From IMG/VR virus record IMGVR_UViG_3300009788_000088: DNA of 64,000 nucleotides; one strand, written 5' to 3'. Origin of the DNA: a virus. The translations under genes and the position numbers were made by a program. Positions 20,527-32,854 of the stretch are shown piece by piece. The stretch's first letter is position 1, and each line of letters opens with the position of its first letter. The notes beneath the pieces are model-generated. The model made no database searches. It saw only the letters and a program-made list of their open reading frames with translations, and was not told the origin of the DNA.

Positions 20527-22374
20527 CTATCGGTCCTTCACCTGATTGACCAATAACCAGTCTTCGAAGTCCTCATACAACATGATCTCCACGTCCTCTC
20601 TAGCCTTGGCCTTCTTCATCTTACCAGAGTTGCTGGTAGTGTCCGCCGTCAAGACGATCTTACATTCCTTTGTAACGCTGGACACCATCTTGTATCCATG
20701 TCCCTCTAGGAAACGGGAAAACTCCTTACGTCCCATAGTTGGATGAGGGCCGGTAACACAGACAGGAACAAGAGGCATGTCAATAACGACTTTAATGGAG
20801 ATGCCAGACAAAACCACTTGTATGGCCATCTCCATAATAATTCGCATATTATCCACCACTTGTTTGGAGAGGATGTCTCCGAAACCATCAATAATCTTAA
20901 GGCCGCCCATAGTGCGTACATCCCGCACTAGGTCTTCCAAAGACCCATAAGCATACATCAACTTTTCTGCCTGTTTCAAAGCAATACCTTTGATACCGGT
21001 GGCCGCAATTATCTGGGCCTCTGTCATAGACACACCCCGAAGAGAATTCAAGAACACCTCAGCGCTCTTTTCCCCCCACCCCTCTAACCGTGCAAGCTCA
21101 TATGGAAAGGCTTTAAAGATAAGCTCCAGTGTTTGAAACCCCTCACGGTATAAATTCTCAATGGTCTTGTCAGAAATGCCGTCAATGTCCAGCACCCGAA
21201 ACACTGTCTGGAGTTTAATAATTTCCTTCCCCTGACAATCATTATAAGGACATATCAAATCTATCCGACGATCATCAATTTCAGCCTGTCTTTTACACTC
21301 CGGACACACCACGATGTTTTCATGAACGCTTCTTTGGTAAACCTCAGCGATGTAGGGAATAATGTCCCCAGACTTAATCACTCCCACTTCAGCACCCGGC
21401 CACAATCCAGCCGCACACATGATTCCGTAGTTGCTGGCTGATATACGCTGGACAGATGTTCCATCAATGGTCACAGGAGTCTCTAGGACAAGCACAGGAG
21501 CTAATTTGTTATGCATCCCCAACGTCCACTCCACTTTATCAATTATTGCCCTTACAGGCGGTCTCTGGAACTTCACGGCGATCATATGAGCCGGATGTTT
21601 ACCTTCCTTCTCCAGATGGTTGCCATTTTCATCCAGAGCCTCCACCACAACCCCGTCAATAAAGTAAGGGAATGATGTATCCCAGCTTTTGAACCAACTC
21701 TCCACATTCTCATACATGGTTTTGGCATTACCTATAAGCATGTAAGGTTTTATCCAGTAGAAACCATGATCCTGTATTTCCTCTTGGTGAAGCATCCAAT
21801 TTGTGGGTTGATAAATTTTCTCATCATCCAACAGAGCGGAATCGAAGACCATGAACTTCAGGAGGTTGACCCCCTGAGAGACCTCCTTAGAATTCAAGAG
21901 GCCGGATGCAACGTTCCGGATATTCTTTTCAAAGTAGGCTTGATTCTCTTTGGGAATGACAGCCTCACACCGAACAGTCAAGTTGACAGGTTTGCGTAAA
22001 CGGTGAAGAATATTCCCGGATGCTTTCACCTTGTCTGTACAATCATTCCCATGGATGCCATCCCCACGTGTAACAGCCGTCTTCAGATGACCATCAATGT
22101 AGGTAACGGCGATTGAATTTCCGTCAATTTTGGGGGTGACGATAAACTTGGCGTCCGGGTATTTATGTACCCACGCTTTGAAATCTTCAAAGGTCTTGAT
22201 CTTGGACAGGGAGCCCATGGGGATGGTGTGTTTGACTTTCTTCCTGAACGTATGTCCTTCAGCACGTTCCAACCCGGACTCTGCCAGAAGATCAAATTCC
22301 TCATCCGTCAGGACAGGAGTATCATCCTCATAGTAGGCTTCGTTAGCTTGTTCAATTAACCGTTTCTTGCTCAT
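20527..22374 (-). CDS. ligA: NAD-dependent DNA ligase
   Basis: PMGSLSK, KIDG, TRGDG, SGDIIP, Cys4 Zn finger, HhH motifs, C-terminal BRCT. Confidence 0.95.
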   Translation of the reverse strand: MSKKRLIEQANEAYYEDDTPVLTDEEFDLLAESGLERAEGHTFRKKVKHTIPMGSLSKIKTFEDFKAWVHKYPDAKFIVTPKIDGNSIAVTYIDGHLKTAVTRGDGIHGNDCTDKVKASGNILHRLRKPVNLTVRCEAVIPKENQAYFEKNIRNVASGLLNSKEVSQGVNLLKFMVFDSALLDDEKIYQPTNWMLHQEEIQDHGFYWIKPYMLIGNAKTMYENVESWFKSWDTSFPYFIDGVVVEALDENGNHLEKEGKHPAHMIAVKFQRPPVRAIIDKVEWTLGMHNKLAPVLVLETPVTIDGTSVQRISASNYGIMCAAGLWPGAEVGVIKSGDIIPYIAEVYQRSVHENIVVCPECKRQAEIDDRRIDLICPYNDCQGKEIIKLQTVFRVLDIDGISDKTIENLYREGFQTLELIFKAFPYELARLEGWGEKSAEVFLNSLRGVSMTEAQIIAATGIKGIALKQAEKLMYAYGSLEDLVRDVRTMGGLKIIDGFGDILSKQVVDNMRIIMEMAIQVVLSGISIKVVIDMPLVPVCVTGPHPTMGRKEFSRFLEGHGYKMVSSVTKECKIVLTADTTSNSGKMKKAKAREDVEIMLYEDFEDWLLVNQVKDR

Positions 22375-22626
22375 TATAAATTCTCCATCTCTTCTTCCCT
22401 CATTTCCTGTATTCTAATGATATCGATCTTGTTTGTAAAGGGAAAAATATCCTCTTCATTCAAATCAACAAAAGAGATAACCGGGGGTGGATCACCTTCT
22501 TTAAGAACGGTCACAATATTCCGAGCGTTAGTGTAATTAACCATAAACTCAGAATGATCCCCATTAGAATATTCTATAAAGATGGTATACTCTTTTTCTA
22601 ATTCAGCCTTTAAATCGGTCATAAAC

Positions 22627-23346
22627 TTACTCCAACCTCTTTTGTAAAAGAACAGGTGCGTGTTGTGGACCACCATCTATTCTGTACTGTTCGAATTCAT
22701 CACCGAACCGTTTCCAATCTCTTTTAGATAACAATTCGCTGAAAAGAGTGGTTCTATTTAGTGGCATCACATACCAATGACCGTCATCATCACACCGCAA
22801 TGCCCCAGTTTCGAAACCACCCCTCATATCCCAACTCCACCCCGATTTGGATATGATGCATATAGGCCATACATCTTCTTTAGTTAAAGAAATGCCTTTT
22901 GAATCCGCTAGTAATAGAAAACACTCCAGACACAAAACCTTACCACAAAGTTCTGGTCCGGCTACCCGCTCCCAAATGTTATTTTCGGCGTAGAAATCCA
23001 ATCTCTGTTCCCGGCCACAGTATTTACAGATTTGAAACGTCCAACCGGGACTTGTAATCTTCCCGGTCATGGAATAAACATTCCACATGATGGGAGCATC
23101 AGACATATACTTCCGGATCAGATATGTGAAATGGTCAACGAAACTCCCTTCATGGTTGGGGACTTTTATATGAGCCATCTCATGAAGGAACATCGGGAGG
23201 TCATAACGGCAATCTTCCCCAAGCCATATCTCTTTCGTTTTATGGATACAGAGACCACCGTCACCAATCAATTTGATGGTCCAGTCTGTGTACCCCTCAT
23301 TGTTGAGAATGGTTCGGAAACGTTCAATGCTTTTTTCATCACTCAT
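22627..23346 (-). CDS. HExxH metallopeptidase-like multidomain protein
   Basis: FLHEMAH..NH...F followed by CxxC...CLEC. Confidence 0.5.
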   Translation of the reverse strand: MSDEKSIERFRTILNNEGYTDWTIKLIGDGGLCIHKTKEIWLGEDCRYDLPMFLHEMAHIKVPNHEGSFVDHFTYLIRKYMSDAPIMWNVYSMTGKITSPGWTFQICKYCGREQRLDFYAENNIWERVAGPELCGKVLCLECFLLLADSKGISLTKEDVWPICIISKSGWSWDMRGGFETGALRCDDDGHWYVMPLNRTTLFSELLSKRDWKRFGDEFEQYRIDGGPQHAPVLLQKRLE

Positions 23347-23854
23347 AAGGTATCCCTTTTTGATTAAGAATTCGTTCCAGATACTCTATCCGGTCCTCAG
23401 CGTAATATTGCACTCCCCGGATGAACATCAAGGAAGCGGCGTCCATATCAAGTTCTTTAGAGATGGTTATTTCCCACGTGTCAAGGTCAATTTTCAACCA
23501 GCTACCGTCTGTCTCACCTTGGAAATATAACTCCTTGGCATAACCATAAGTGGTTCCAAGGTTATAGAGTGATCCGGTAAAAGCTACAATGTTGGGATAT
23601 TCGTTGGTAACAACCCAATTCTTATTATTACCAAGAGTGTTTAAATATGCGACCTCATCTCCTTCATCAGAAGACCATTGATCTATAGTATCACTTACCA
23701 CTCCGCTCAGAGACGAATGGATTATCTCAGATTCAGCGGGTGCCGGGTTTTTGTTTTGCTCATTGGATTGAGTAGTTTCGGTGTACGCCACCCCTAATAA
23801 AACAACGATGATCACAACCACTAATAAATTAATCAATCCTACAATTAGTCTCAT
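23339..23854 (-). CDS. membrane-anchored hypothetical protein
   Basis: Hydrophobic N-terminal 24 aa. Confidence 0.6.
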   Translation of the reverse strand: MRLIVGLINLLVVVIIVVLLGVAYTETTQSNEQNKNPAPAESEIIHSSLSGVVSDTIDQWSSDEGDEVAYLNTLGNNKNWVVTNEYPNIVAFTGSLYNLGTTYGYAKELYFQGETDGSWLKIDLDTWEITISKELDMDAASLMFIRGVQYYAEDRIEYLERILNQKGIPYE

Positions 23855-24290
23855 GTCACCCCCACCTTTTCAATCAGGAGGTCTGCTATCTTAACAGACT
23901 TTTCCACCAAAGCTTCTAATTGTGACTGGGGAATAGATTTGGAAGCAAGTATCGTTTTCAGGATATCCAGAGAAATTTCCAACCTAATCCCCCGTCCATA
24001 ATTGATGGTATGCATGGGAGGTTTTAAAATAGATTCTCCATGCGGAGGAACTGGGTTCAATATATCCTCTCCTTCTGGTTGATATCCGGAGTTTTGTTTA
24101 CTCTTCATCTTTGTATCCTTTTTATAATCAGTTTTTGATATTAACCCTTCTCTCAAATAATCAGCGATATATTTACGCCTTAATGCATGATCCTGAGCAT
24201 CGTCAACATATAAATCTTTGGGTTCTGGGTCAGTAACGGCCGCACAGAAAGCTACCCATCTTCCTTTCAATAACCTTACTCTTATAGCCA

Positions 24291-25382
24291 TTAATTATCT
24301 TCATCCCCCAATACCTCTGTCTCCAGCGCCTCTTGTTCCATTTCAACAGCGGCTGAAGAGATTTCCTCTGACCCATAGGCGAAGAACTTGGTCACGACCG
24401 GCGCTATCTCTTTCAATAACTCTGGCGTGAAAACTTCTTCTCTATATAAGCTCTTCTCCCAGAAAGTTTTCTTGGCATCAATATGTGGAACAATGAATTT
24501 CTTATCCTTCTTAACAATAGCCCCGGCCTCAATCGCATAGGGTAGGAGCCCCACGTAAGGGTTGAACCCAGTGTCGAAGAATAACCGGGCGTTCATCTTC
24601 TGACGTTCTCTGGCCAGTCTATTCTTTGTGGTCTGCATTTTCATATTAGCGCCCACAATAAGAGTATCTTCTTTCTCTTGAGCCTTAGTCATAGAGATGG
24701 TGATGCTAGACAGATAGACAGTGCCGTGACCACCGGACTGCTTGTTGGCGGCGAACTTACCTTCACCAATGGCGGTGTATTCATGGTTGATGACGATCAT
24801 AACAACCTTGGCGGCCAATACTGGAGTAATAGAGGCCCGGAATATCTGTTTGATAGCCTGTGCCCTTCGGCCGGGATCAGCCTTAATTTCTCCACCCTCA
24901 ATCTGGGAAACTTCCAACATGGACATGAGGTTCCCAATGGAATCCACCACAACAAGCAATGGGGTATTATCACCCCCATCTCGCATTTTTTTGACTGCTC
25001 CTAACATGTTTCGAAGCTCAATAGTAACCTCTTCAGCCACATTACAAACCCCAACAAACATCCGTTCTGGATCAAGTTTGTCAGACATGAGACCTTCTTG
25101 GGTCATGGCACGTTCTGTGTCAATCCAAAAAACCTCACCACCTATAGCTTGACAGTTCTGTGCGGCATCCACGGCGATACGAGTCTTGCCGCAACCGGGT
25201 GGTCCTGATATTTGAGTAATGAGTGTGGCCGGGAATCCTTTATAAATATCGGCCGTGATAAGTGCGTTGAGACCGAGAATAGAAGAGGGAATGTAATATG
25301 GAATATCCAACCCTTCTGCGCCCATACCCCCAACGTCAAATGAAGAAATTTTAGCCAACTGGGAAGTGAGACTTTTTACCAT
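24291..25382 (-). CDS. uvsX: RecA-like recombinase (UvsX)
   Basis: GPPGCGKT, IDTE, VVDSIG, SGG, KNR motifs. Confidence 0.92.
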   Translation of the reverse strand: MVKSLTSQLAKISSFDVGGMGAEGLDIPYYIPSSILGLNALITADIYKGFPATLITQISGPPGCGKTRIAVDAAQNCQAIGGEVFWIDTERAMTQEGLMSDKLDPERMFVGVCNVAEEVTIELRNMLGAVKKMRDGGDNTPLLVVVDSIGNLMSMLEVSQIEGGEIKADPGRRAQAIKQIFRASITPVLAAKVVMIVINHEYTAIGEGKFAANKQSGGHGTVYLSSITISMTKAQEKEDTLIVGANMKMQTTKNRLARERQKMNARLFFDTGFNPYVGLLPYAIEAGAIVKKDKKFIVPHIDAKKTFWEKSLYREEVFTPELLKEIAPVVTKFFAYGSEEISSAAVEMEQEALETEVLGDEDN

Positions 25383-25428
25383 TATAAACGTTCCTCCACC
25401 AAACAAGCATTAAATAATCATTTTTCAT

Positions 25429-25457
25429 ACTATATCACAGTTTTTCATGAATGTTAT
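25429..25457 (-). promoter_or_regulatory. class 2 promoter upstream of uvsX
   Basis: ATAACA-N17(..TGA)-TATAGT. Confidence 0.55.
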
Positions 25458-26415
25458 ATAGAATTTTCTTTCATTTCCTTTTGACCCTGTTCATACTGAT
25501 ACTCTATGAATGTGTTTGTCATTAGGTTTTCGTCTCCGGCTAATTCACATGATGTAATATACCGAATGGGTATTTTGTGAAGTTTGCAATTCCACCATGT
25601 CCAGAATCCAGATTTTCCTGTATATCCAGAATGATCAGATGGAGCTAAAAGAAATGGACAATCTATGATTTTGGGAATTCTACAATTACCCATCATTTTC
25701 ATATCACGCCCTCTTTCAATTCAGCACTTACCGCTGTAACTGGACCAAAGCATTCCGAACACGTTGGCGCATCAAATGAAGGTTCCACTTTTTCTTTATG
25801 TCCACAAATAACACATTTAATTTCTATCAGCATTTGCTCATCATCCTTTCAGTGTTAAAGTTTTCCTTCACGTCTCATCTTTGCAACTTGACGTTTACTA
25901 ATACCAAGACGTTCTGCTATATCAGCATTTGTCTCTACTTTTTTGGTGGGATGTAATTTTGCAGTCGGGTGATTGATTAATGGCCATGCCTTACAAGTGC
26001 CCTTACAATTACAACCATTGCAAGGATTACCTACAGTTGCCGTATAAACTAATACAAACATCTCTAAAGAAGGATTGCACAACTCACACCCATTTAGTAG
26101 ATACCACTCAATTGATTTGCTACTCATCCTCATCCTCCTGTTTAATGGCCCCTATCTCGATAAGTGAATGCAATGCAAGTTCAAAACCGTGTTGTTCACC
26201 GTCTCCGAAAAATGTGCGCTTACCGTTCTCATCTTCTGCCCACATTTCTTCATTGGCGTAAATACGCAGTGCTTGGAGCATAACATGTATGGTGGTCCCA
26301 TATAAGATATTCATCTCACGAGACTCTTCATGCTTCTCTATAAGCTTGTTATGCTGGGTTTCCAGCGCTTCCAGCTTTACCTTTAATGTTTGAATTTCAG
26401 CTTCCATAAGCCCTC

Positions 26416-26444
26416 ATTATATCATGATATTGAAGTTTTGTTAC
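26416..26444 (-). promoter_or_regulatory. class 2 promoter
   Basis: GTAACA-N17(..TGA)-TATAAT. Confidence 0.55.
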
Positions 26445-27445
26445 TATTTATTTATCCAGAGCCTCGATTTTTGTACGCAAGCTCACCGATAATTGACAAC
26501 GCTCACAACTTTTAAAAAACTCTTTATCGTCATCGTGTTCACACGAAGCTCCTACATATTCTTGAAATAACTTCGCCGCATTTACCACAATCTCAAATTC
26601 TTCATTTTTAGAATTGAGACGATTAATTTCATCAACATGGCAATCTCTACAAAACACCATATCATTGTCACATGTACAAGTTACTCCTACCTCACCCATT
26701 TTGATATTCCTTATCGATTTTTTCTGCGACTGGCTTTGGCCATTTTATTCCGACTCTTCTTTTTGGCCCGGTTCTTATCCTTCGTTTTTGGCGCTGGACC
26801 TACCCCGGCCCAATGCCTATGGGAAGGCTGAGACAGGAAGTCGGCCATGCTCCCAAATAGTCCGGCCATCTGAGCTTTGGCCATAGCGTCACTCTTTTCC
26901 TTGGCCGTGGGTTCAGGACCAAACGTAGCGTTTGATGGTGAAGGTGTAGCGGCCATTATCTGGGTCTCCTTTTCTGTTTCCAGTCAGAATAATTAATTTT
27001 GTACTCATTGAGGAACTGGATGGCATCATCTGTGGTATATGGGGTTGATACTACACACTCACACTCAGGACATTTTCTCAGACTGTCTTTATACCAACGA
27101 GAACACAAAGGATTGTCACATTGCCTGATGAGTGTCATTACCGGCCACTCTTCTTGTAACGGCGATCAGGTTTGATACGGGTTGATCCCCGGCTATTCAT
27201 ACCTCTGTTCGGCCTCTTCTTTCTATAAGGTTCGAAATCGATATGATATTCATAAGGCTTAAACTCTGGTGTGAATTTAGTTGGAGATGGGGTTGCCGCC
27301 ATCGTATTCTCCTTTCAGAAATTCTACACGGTCCATGGTTTTCACACGGCGTCTAGCCTGACGGCGATACACCGGGCGATCTTTTGGTTTGGGATCACAG
27401 CAAGGACAGCGCCAACGGACGCCTTTCCCAGCATGTCTTTTATAC

Positions 27446-27655
27446 TCATCCTTTGACATGTCCTGTTCCTTTACACCATGAGCAAGGTTTGCCATCCAAT
27501 TTACCAGAGCCATAACACCATCGGCACATTCTTGTTTGAGCGGCCTTCCCTTGAACAGTATAACCCTTTTTCTGGATTACCTTCTTCGGCTTTGGTTCAG
27601 CCGGGTCTCTACTACTGACCCTGCGTCTTTTCGGTTTAGATACATGGGAAGCCAT
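27446..27655 (-). CDS. small basic protein with DnaJ-type CxxCxGxG repeats
   Basis: CRWCYGSG...CSWCKGTG. Confidence 0.55.
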   Translation of the reverse strand: MASHVSKPKRRRVSSRDPAEPKPKKVIQKKGYTVQGKAAQTRMCRWCYGSGKLDGKPCSWCKGTGHVKG

Positions 27656-28181
27656 AACTATCCATTACCTCCTTCAGTTTCGATGCCGCCTCACAGGTTG
27701 CCTCATTTCGGGGATCAATTTCACCATTCTCCCAGAGTTCAGCAAACACCTCAATAATGGGCTTCACTATATCCCTCATAAGACCTTGCTGAAGCGTCCT
27801 GTGCATATGAGGAATCTTCTCCTTTAACACCTCAGCGAAATCATTACCCATAATGTTGATACCACCTTCCAACGTATGGATAAGACCTTCAGTTTTATCC
27901 TTTGTGGTATAACCGGGAAGATCACGGAAATCGACGGGAACTTCCCCCTGCCATGACAGAGCGTACTTAACGATATCAGCAATCTCTCCGACAGTCATCA
28001 CGTCTTCTGAAACTCCACAATCTTCGGGCCAGTTCATGGATGATGATGACATAATATTGGTTATACCCAATCTTTGGAAATGCTCCTTAAGCCCTTCCTT
28101 GTCATGCAGTTCGAAAACCCGTCCTTCATATCCTTGTCTATGAAGTTCGAATTTACCATCTTTAATACCAATAATAAACAT
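27636..28181 (-). CDS. hypothetical early protein
   Basis: ATG 28181 after GGAGG and early promoter. Confidence 0.7.
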   Translation of the reverse strand: MFIIGIKDGKFELHRQGYEGRVFELHDKEGLKEHFQRLGITNIMSSSSMNWPEDCGVSEDVMTVGEIADIVKYALSWQGEVPVDFRDLPGYTTKDKTEGLIHTLEGGINIMGNDFAEVLKEKIPHMHRTLQQGLMRDIVKPIIEVFAELWENGEIDPRNEATCEAASKLKEVMDSYGFPCI

Positions 28182-28199
28182 GATTAACCTCCTACTCAA

Positions 28200-28228
28200 A
28201 ATGTAACCAATTATAATGATGATGTCAA
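28200..28228 (-). promoter_or_regulatory. early promoter
   Basis: TTGACA-N17-TACATT. Confidence 0.75.
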
Positions 28229-28237
28229 GATAATTTA

Positions 28238-28921
28238 TCACATGTCGTGAATGTAATGAAGTCCCAAAAAAGCAAAAGCCATTCTGGAGATGACGCCTTG
28301 TGGCTGGGTCACACCTTCAAAGACGAACGGAACCCCCGGCTTTTTACGAAGCTGGCTATACGCCTGAGCGATCTTTCCGAATGCGGCGGTGGAGGCAAAC
28401 TTTGTCAATCTTCCACTTCGTGTTAGGAAATACATATTCTCCCCATCTCCCAGAATGGCGGCGTCTTGTTTGTACTTCTTAACGAACTTGGTGATGGTCT
28501 CCACGAATTCTATATAAGTCATATCTGCCGGTATGGGTACGAAAAATGATTCCTCCGTAACATCCTGAACGATACCATCACTGACAGCCTTGGCCAGAGG
28601 TAAACGCTGACCGTCCGGTGTCACGATGACCAACGAATTCCCGGACCCCGTGACGGCGAAACCATCAGGTGCTTCTTGCCAGTGCCCAATAAGGAGGTGT
28701 GGACCCATACCCATACCATTTAAGGCGCTCAGAAGCTCTCTGTTACGCTTTTGGTTGGTCTTCAGGTCCAACTGCCCCCTGAACGCTGTAAGGATAGCAA
28801 ACGGCTTCTCCATGAGTCTCCAGACTCTTGATAAGCTGGACTCATCGATATATCCCAACCACGAACGGGATTCTTCAATGTCTTCTGATCCAAAGACTTT
28901 TCTTGCCTCTGCGAAATTCAT
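28238..28921 (-). CDS. late protein of the T4-like SSLSR / DUF3293-like family, candidate head cargo
   Basis: IDE-SSLSR, ILTAFR, RNRELL, EESFFV, YKQDA; late promoter directly upstream. Confidence 0.6.
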   Translation of the reverse strand: MNFAEARKVFGSEDIEESRSWLGYIDESSLSRVWRLMEKPFAILTAFRGQLDLKTNQKRNRELLSALNGMGMGPHLLIGHWQEAPDGFAVTGSGNSLVIVTPDGQRLPLAKAVSDGIVQDVTEESFFVPIPADMTYIEFVETITKFVKKYKQDAAILGDGENMYFLTRSGRLTKFASTAAFGKIAQAYSQLRKKPGVPFVFEGVTQPQGVISRMAFAFLGLHYIHDM

Positions 28922-28937
28922 AAATATCTCCTTGTCA

Positions 28938-28947
28938 AAGTATTTAT
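28938..28947 (-). promoter_or_regulatory. late promoter
   Basis: ATAAATACTT followed by AAGGAG and ATG. Confidence 0.65.
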
Positions 28948-29425
28948 GGTTTGATTTCGTTATTCATGAAATTTTGGCAATCATCGTTTTGCCATTTATA
29001 TGGCGTGTTCACAAAGTAACTTTGCCAGTAGGGATCGGCCGAAGCCGTATACCTGTAACAGTCACCACGAACAGGACATACCCTCTTTTCATCAAGTTCT
29101 CCTGTTTCACCTTTGCACATTGTTATATCTACCACGGCGCTGTCTCCTTTCGTGTTCTATCCAGATTTCGTCTGATAAGCATTCAATCTGATATTCCCCT
29201 ATTCTGTCATAAACCGCCCATCCCACTTGTGGAATCTGAAAGCCTATATTTACACACAAGGTCTCAGCGTCCTCACAGAATTCTAACACATTCGCCTGTT
29301 TAAGTCTAAGGCTTTTAGCTATGCGTTCAATAGTGGGACAATCCATCATCCCAGAGCGGAGTTGGAAACTCCGGACATATTTGGTCACCTTATCACGAAG
29401 GATAATATATTCAGATGTGGGTAGG

Positions 29426-29869
29426 TTATCCAGATTCATTATTCTCTTCTCCTATGATATCCACCAACCGCTCATCCAATTGTTTTTCAGTTTCAGGATT
29501 CATATGTAATACATTACAAATTTCCAAATACAGAGTATACCAAAAATCTCGAATGGCGGGGTCAGGATGTTTGTACCCGGCAATCTCTACCGCATGAGTA
29601 AAATGCAATAACCAATGCATGGGGTAATGGTCAAGATTCGATATGAACTTTGTAAGCTCTTCCACTCCCACAAAATCCGCCATAAACTTCCCGGTTAATT
29701 GTATCCCGCCAGCGTTCTTCAATAACACAGACCTGAGCTTCCGGGTAAAGGGCTTGCTGTAGTCCTCCTTATATTTCCCATCACACCCCCGTAATGCTGA
29801 CAGTAATACTGTCTGTTGTTTCAAGGTACATAAGGCAAGCCATTCTTGTACCACAGAAAGATTATTCAT
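29426..29869 (-). CDS. conserved hypothetical phage protein
   Basis: SVVQEW..QQTVLLSALRGCDG; ATGA coupling. Confidence 0.65.
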   Translation of the reverse strand: MNNLSVVQEWLALCTLKQQTVLLSALRGCDGKYKEDYSKPFTRKLRSVLLKNAGGIQLTGKFMADFVGVEELTKFISNLDHYPMHWLLHFTHAVEIAGYKHPDPAIRDFWYTLYLEICNVLHMNPETEKQLDERLVDIIGEENNESG

Positions 29870-30585
29870 GATTCTGTTTCTCCAGTTTCGCCCCGACCAA
29901 CGCACTCTCAATCACAGCCTTGGTCATACCTCTGGCATTCCTCATATCCTCATCAACTTTATCACCGATGAGTTCCCGGAGTTCTCCCGACAGTTTCAAC
30001 AAAGACTTGGAATGTTTATGAAATGTCTTAGATAGACGACTGAATCCCACGTGAGCTAAACTGGCCGATAAGTCCGCAGACTCTTCGTGCATTCGCCGCA
30101 GTTCACGGGAAAGCTCCGCACCCCTCTGAGTGAATCGGATATCCTTATTCATCCGTTTTGCCTCATTTCTGCTATCTCCATGTTATGAGGATCACTTGGG
30201 TCCGGAACCATTACAGGCAGTGCTCCGCCTATATTTTCAATATATTGTGCAAATCCCGGCGTTATATTCCATTTATGGCTACAATGAGCACACTTGATAT
30301 TCGTAGCCATGCCACCACGGGGGCCTTCAAAGAATTTCATATTTCCCCGGCAACAGGGCATGAGCCCCAGTTCATAAAAAAGTATTCTCCATGAATCCTT
30401 CTCTTCCATATCCGGCACCCACTTCCGTTTGGACTTGTATTTGTGGGTCTTCTCTTCCCTATCCTTAACAGGAAAGGTAAAGTAGGATAGTGTGGTTTGT
30501 ACAGTCCTCCGGAAATCGGGGAAGAAAGCATGGAGCGTAAGAATGACCGCAATGGTCACGAAAGCCATTATTAACCCATATAGTA

Positions 30586-31332
30586 TCATGATATTGCCTC
30601 CTTTGTTATCGGCACATAAATACCGATGCTAATACTCCACTGATAAGCGGCATCCATTATCAGGTAGACTATGCCAGTGTCCCTGACGGCCAGCCTGATA
30701 TCATTACTGAATCGAACCCACGAAGTACCCAATGTTCCACCCGGCTCCCATTCAGAGAATTCGTGGTTGGCTTCGAAGTTCAAATACTCTTTCCAGTAAT
30801 CAGACCCCACGGCTATTAAATGGGGACACCTTTCACCCAAAGCTTCAAGCCGACGTTCAGCGATATCATCCATAACCTCATCCAAATTATCCATTGTGAT
30901 AGCGTTTGTAGGCTCTTCAATAAATTCCTTGAAGGCACACTTAAGGCACTGAATGTAACCATCCCCCACACGGTAATAATTCTCCCACGTGTAGTTCATA
31001 ATCATGAGACGGTTACACGTATCACATTCGAAGTAAGAATCAGAATAAAGCTGATCCTCATAATGGTCCTCACAGAGATGTAGTTCACCCTTGGGATCAT
31101 CGGAGAAGATGTCAAACCACTCCAGAGTATGCTCAGCCGCTTCTTCGCAGTATTCACACTCTTCGTAGTTTTCATCATCCGGGTCCAGAGGAAGCTCAGG
31201 AAACTCCATGAATTCCCCGGTGAGCATATCACCCTGCTTCTCAGAACCGGGTCCGGCCAGAGCCTCCCTCTTGAGACGGGCTCTCTCTTCGGCCACTGCG
31301 TTAATCCGTTTGATATCGGGCAGACTCCACAT
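30586..31332 (-). CDS. hypothetical acidic Cys-rich protein
   Basis: 248 aa, several CxxC/CxxH, GGAGG RBS. Confidence 0.7.
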   Translation of the reverse strand: MWSLPDIKRINAVAEERARLKREALAGPGSEKQGDMLTGEFMEFPELPLDPDDENYEECEYCEEAAEHTLEWFDIFSDDPKGELHLCEDHYEDQLYSDSYFECDTCNRLMIMNYTWENYYRVGDGYIQCLKCAFKEFIEEPTNAITMDNLDEVMDDIAERRLEALGERCPHLIAVGSDYWKEYLNFEANHEFSEWEPGGTLGTSWVRFSNDIRLAVRDTGIVYLIMDAAYQWSISIGIYVPITKEAIS

Positions 31333-32425
31333 GGTTACCTCCTAATGTCCGTGATTCCAACCTACCAACCACATCTCTGTTTCAGAATCCTTGTCTCTGA
31401 ATGGGCCAGATGATATTACTACAATGTCCTGTTCTCCACAACAACCACCCTTAAACTGTTTGAAGTACGCATCTGTGGGTTCCTTGACTCTCAGTATCCG
31501 GATATTGTCTATGTACTCATCCCGGCTTTTATGGGCATGAGCCCCGGCACTATAGGCAATTTGCCTAACAACATCCCGGTGTAGATCGGGGTAGCGTTCC
31601 ATAACAGTATAAGCAACATTGCTGTATACATCAATACCTCCAGTCTCATCCCACTCCTTTGGTGGACATGGCCATTTGCGCTCAGACAACGTAACACCCG
31701 TCTTCCGGATAAATCTTGAGACAGTTATCCCCAAGATTGAAGATAACCCAAAGATGGAGACCATTCCTATCCGTGCCCATCCCGGTCTCAACGAAAACAA
31801 ACTCCCTTTTAATAAGAACATTCAAGCGGCGCATGAATTTAGAAGCGGTCAGGTCAATGTATTTGTTGAACCCCCTCATCGTGGGACTGAGTTCCATGAG
31901 TTTACTTTTAAACTCCCGTTCCTTAACCACTTCACCTTTTACCATGTGTTTGATTATCATGTTAACTCCCTAAAGTAAGTGGAAATGTAAACAGGTGCTC
32001 TGTTGATCTTAATTTTATTGAAATATCCACTACTCGTGGGTTATCATCATCATTATATGTTGATGTATCTATCAAAACATCTTCCACCAATTCTTTCAAT
32101 CTATTATCACCCCTGACAAACTGTTGAATTTCTGAGATAGACTTTTGTAATAAGGGGAATACTACACATTTTATTAGAGGACACCCGTAAAGATTTTTAT
32201 GTAGAATACTATTAATATTACTATTTAACCAGCTTTCATCAAACTCATCAAATACGGGAAGTCTTTGGTATTCGGTTGAGATAGCATTGTAAGGGTCTGT
32301 TATTGTCTCTTTACACATGGGACATTCAAAAGGAATACTGGAATGTATACAATCCCTTATATGATAAGAAGCTGAATAAGTCTTCTTACAATAAGGACAT
32401 TCCATAATTGGGTGTTTGTTTGGTT

Positions 32426-32854
32426 TCACAGCTTATTGACCTCTTTATAGATTTTCCTTATAACGTAATCCAAAAGAACGGCCTGTCCGGTGGTACAACG
32501 TCCCCACCACGTACCGTAGTTATTATCAAGGACGGGTTCCCCGGCGGCCCGGAGCTTCCCAGCAAACCACTTGGTCACCCTCCACCACTCGTAAATTTCT
32601 TTGGGCTCCGATTCGAAACAGTCTTCACAGACGTTCATGTCTTCATCCAAAGGAATCTCTTCCTCATCGCACTCAGAACAGGTGCCCTCTTCCCCCTCTT
32701 CAAACTCCGTGTAGGCATTCTCGATCTCATCATAAGAGAATCCCTCAAGAGGTGTTTCCAAAGCCCTGATGTCCTCAACCAGACTGGAATCACAGCACAG
32801 AAGTTCCCGATCCACGAATTCTCCTATAGCTCTATGAAGTTCAGATTCGGTCAT
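32426..32854 (-). CDS. conserved hypothetical early protein
   Basis: EWWRVT.WFA.KL...GEPVL...WWGRCTTGQA. Confidence 0.7.
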   Translation of the reverse strand: MTESELHRAIGEFVDRELLCCDSSLVEDIRALETPLEGFSYDEIENAYTEFEEGEEGTCSECDEEEIPLDEDMNVCEDCFESEPKEIYEWWRVTKWFAGKLRAAGEPVLDNNYGTWWGRCTTGQAVLLDYVIRKIYKEVNKL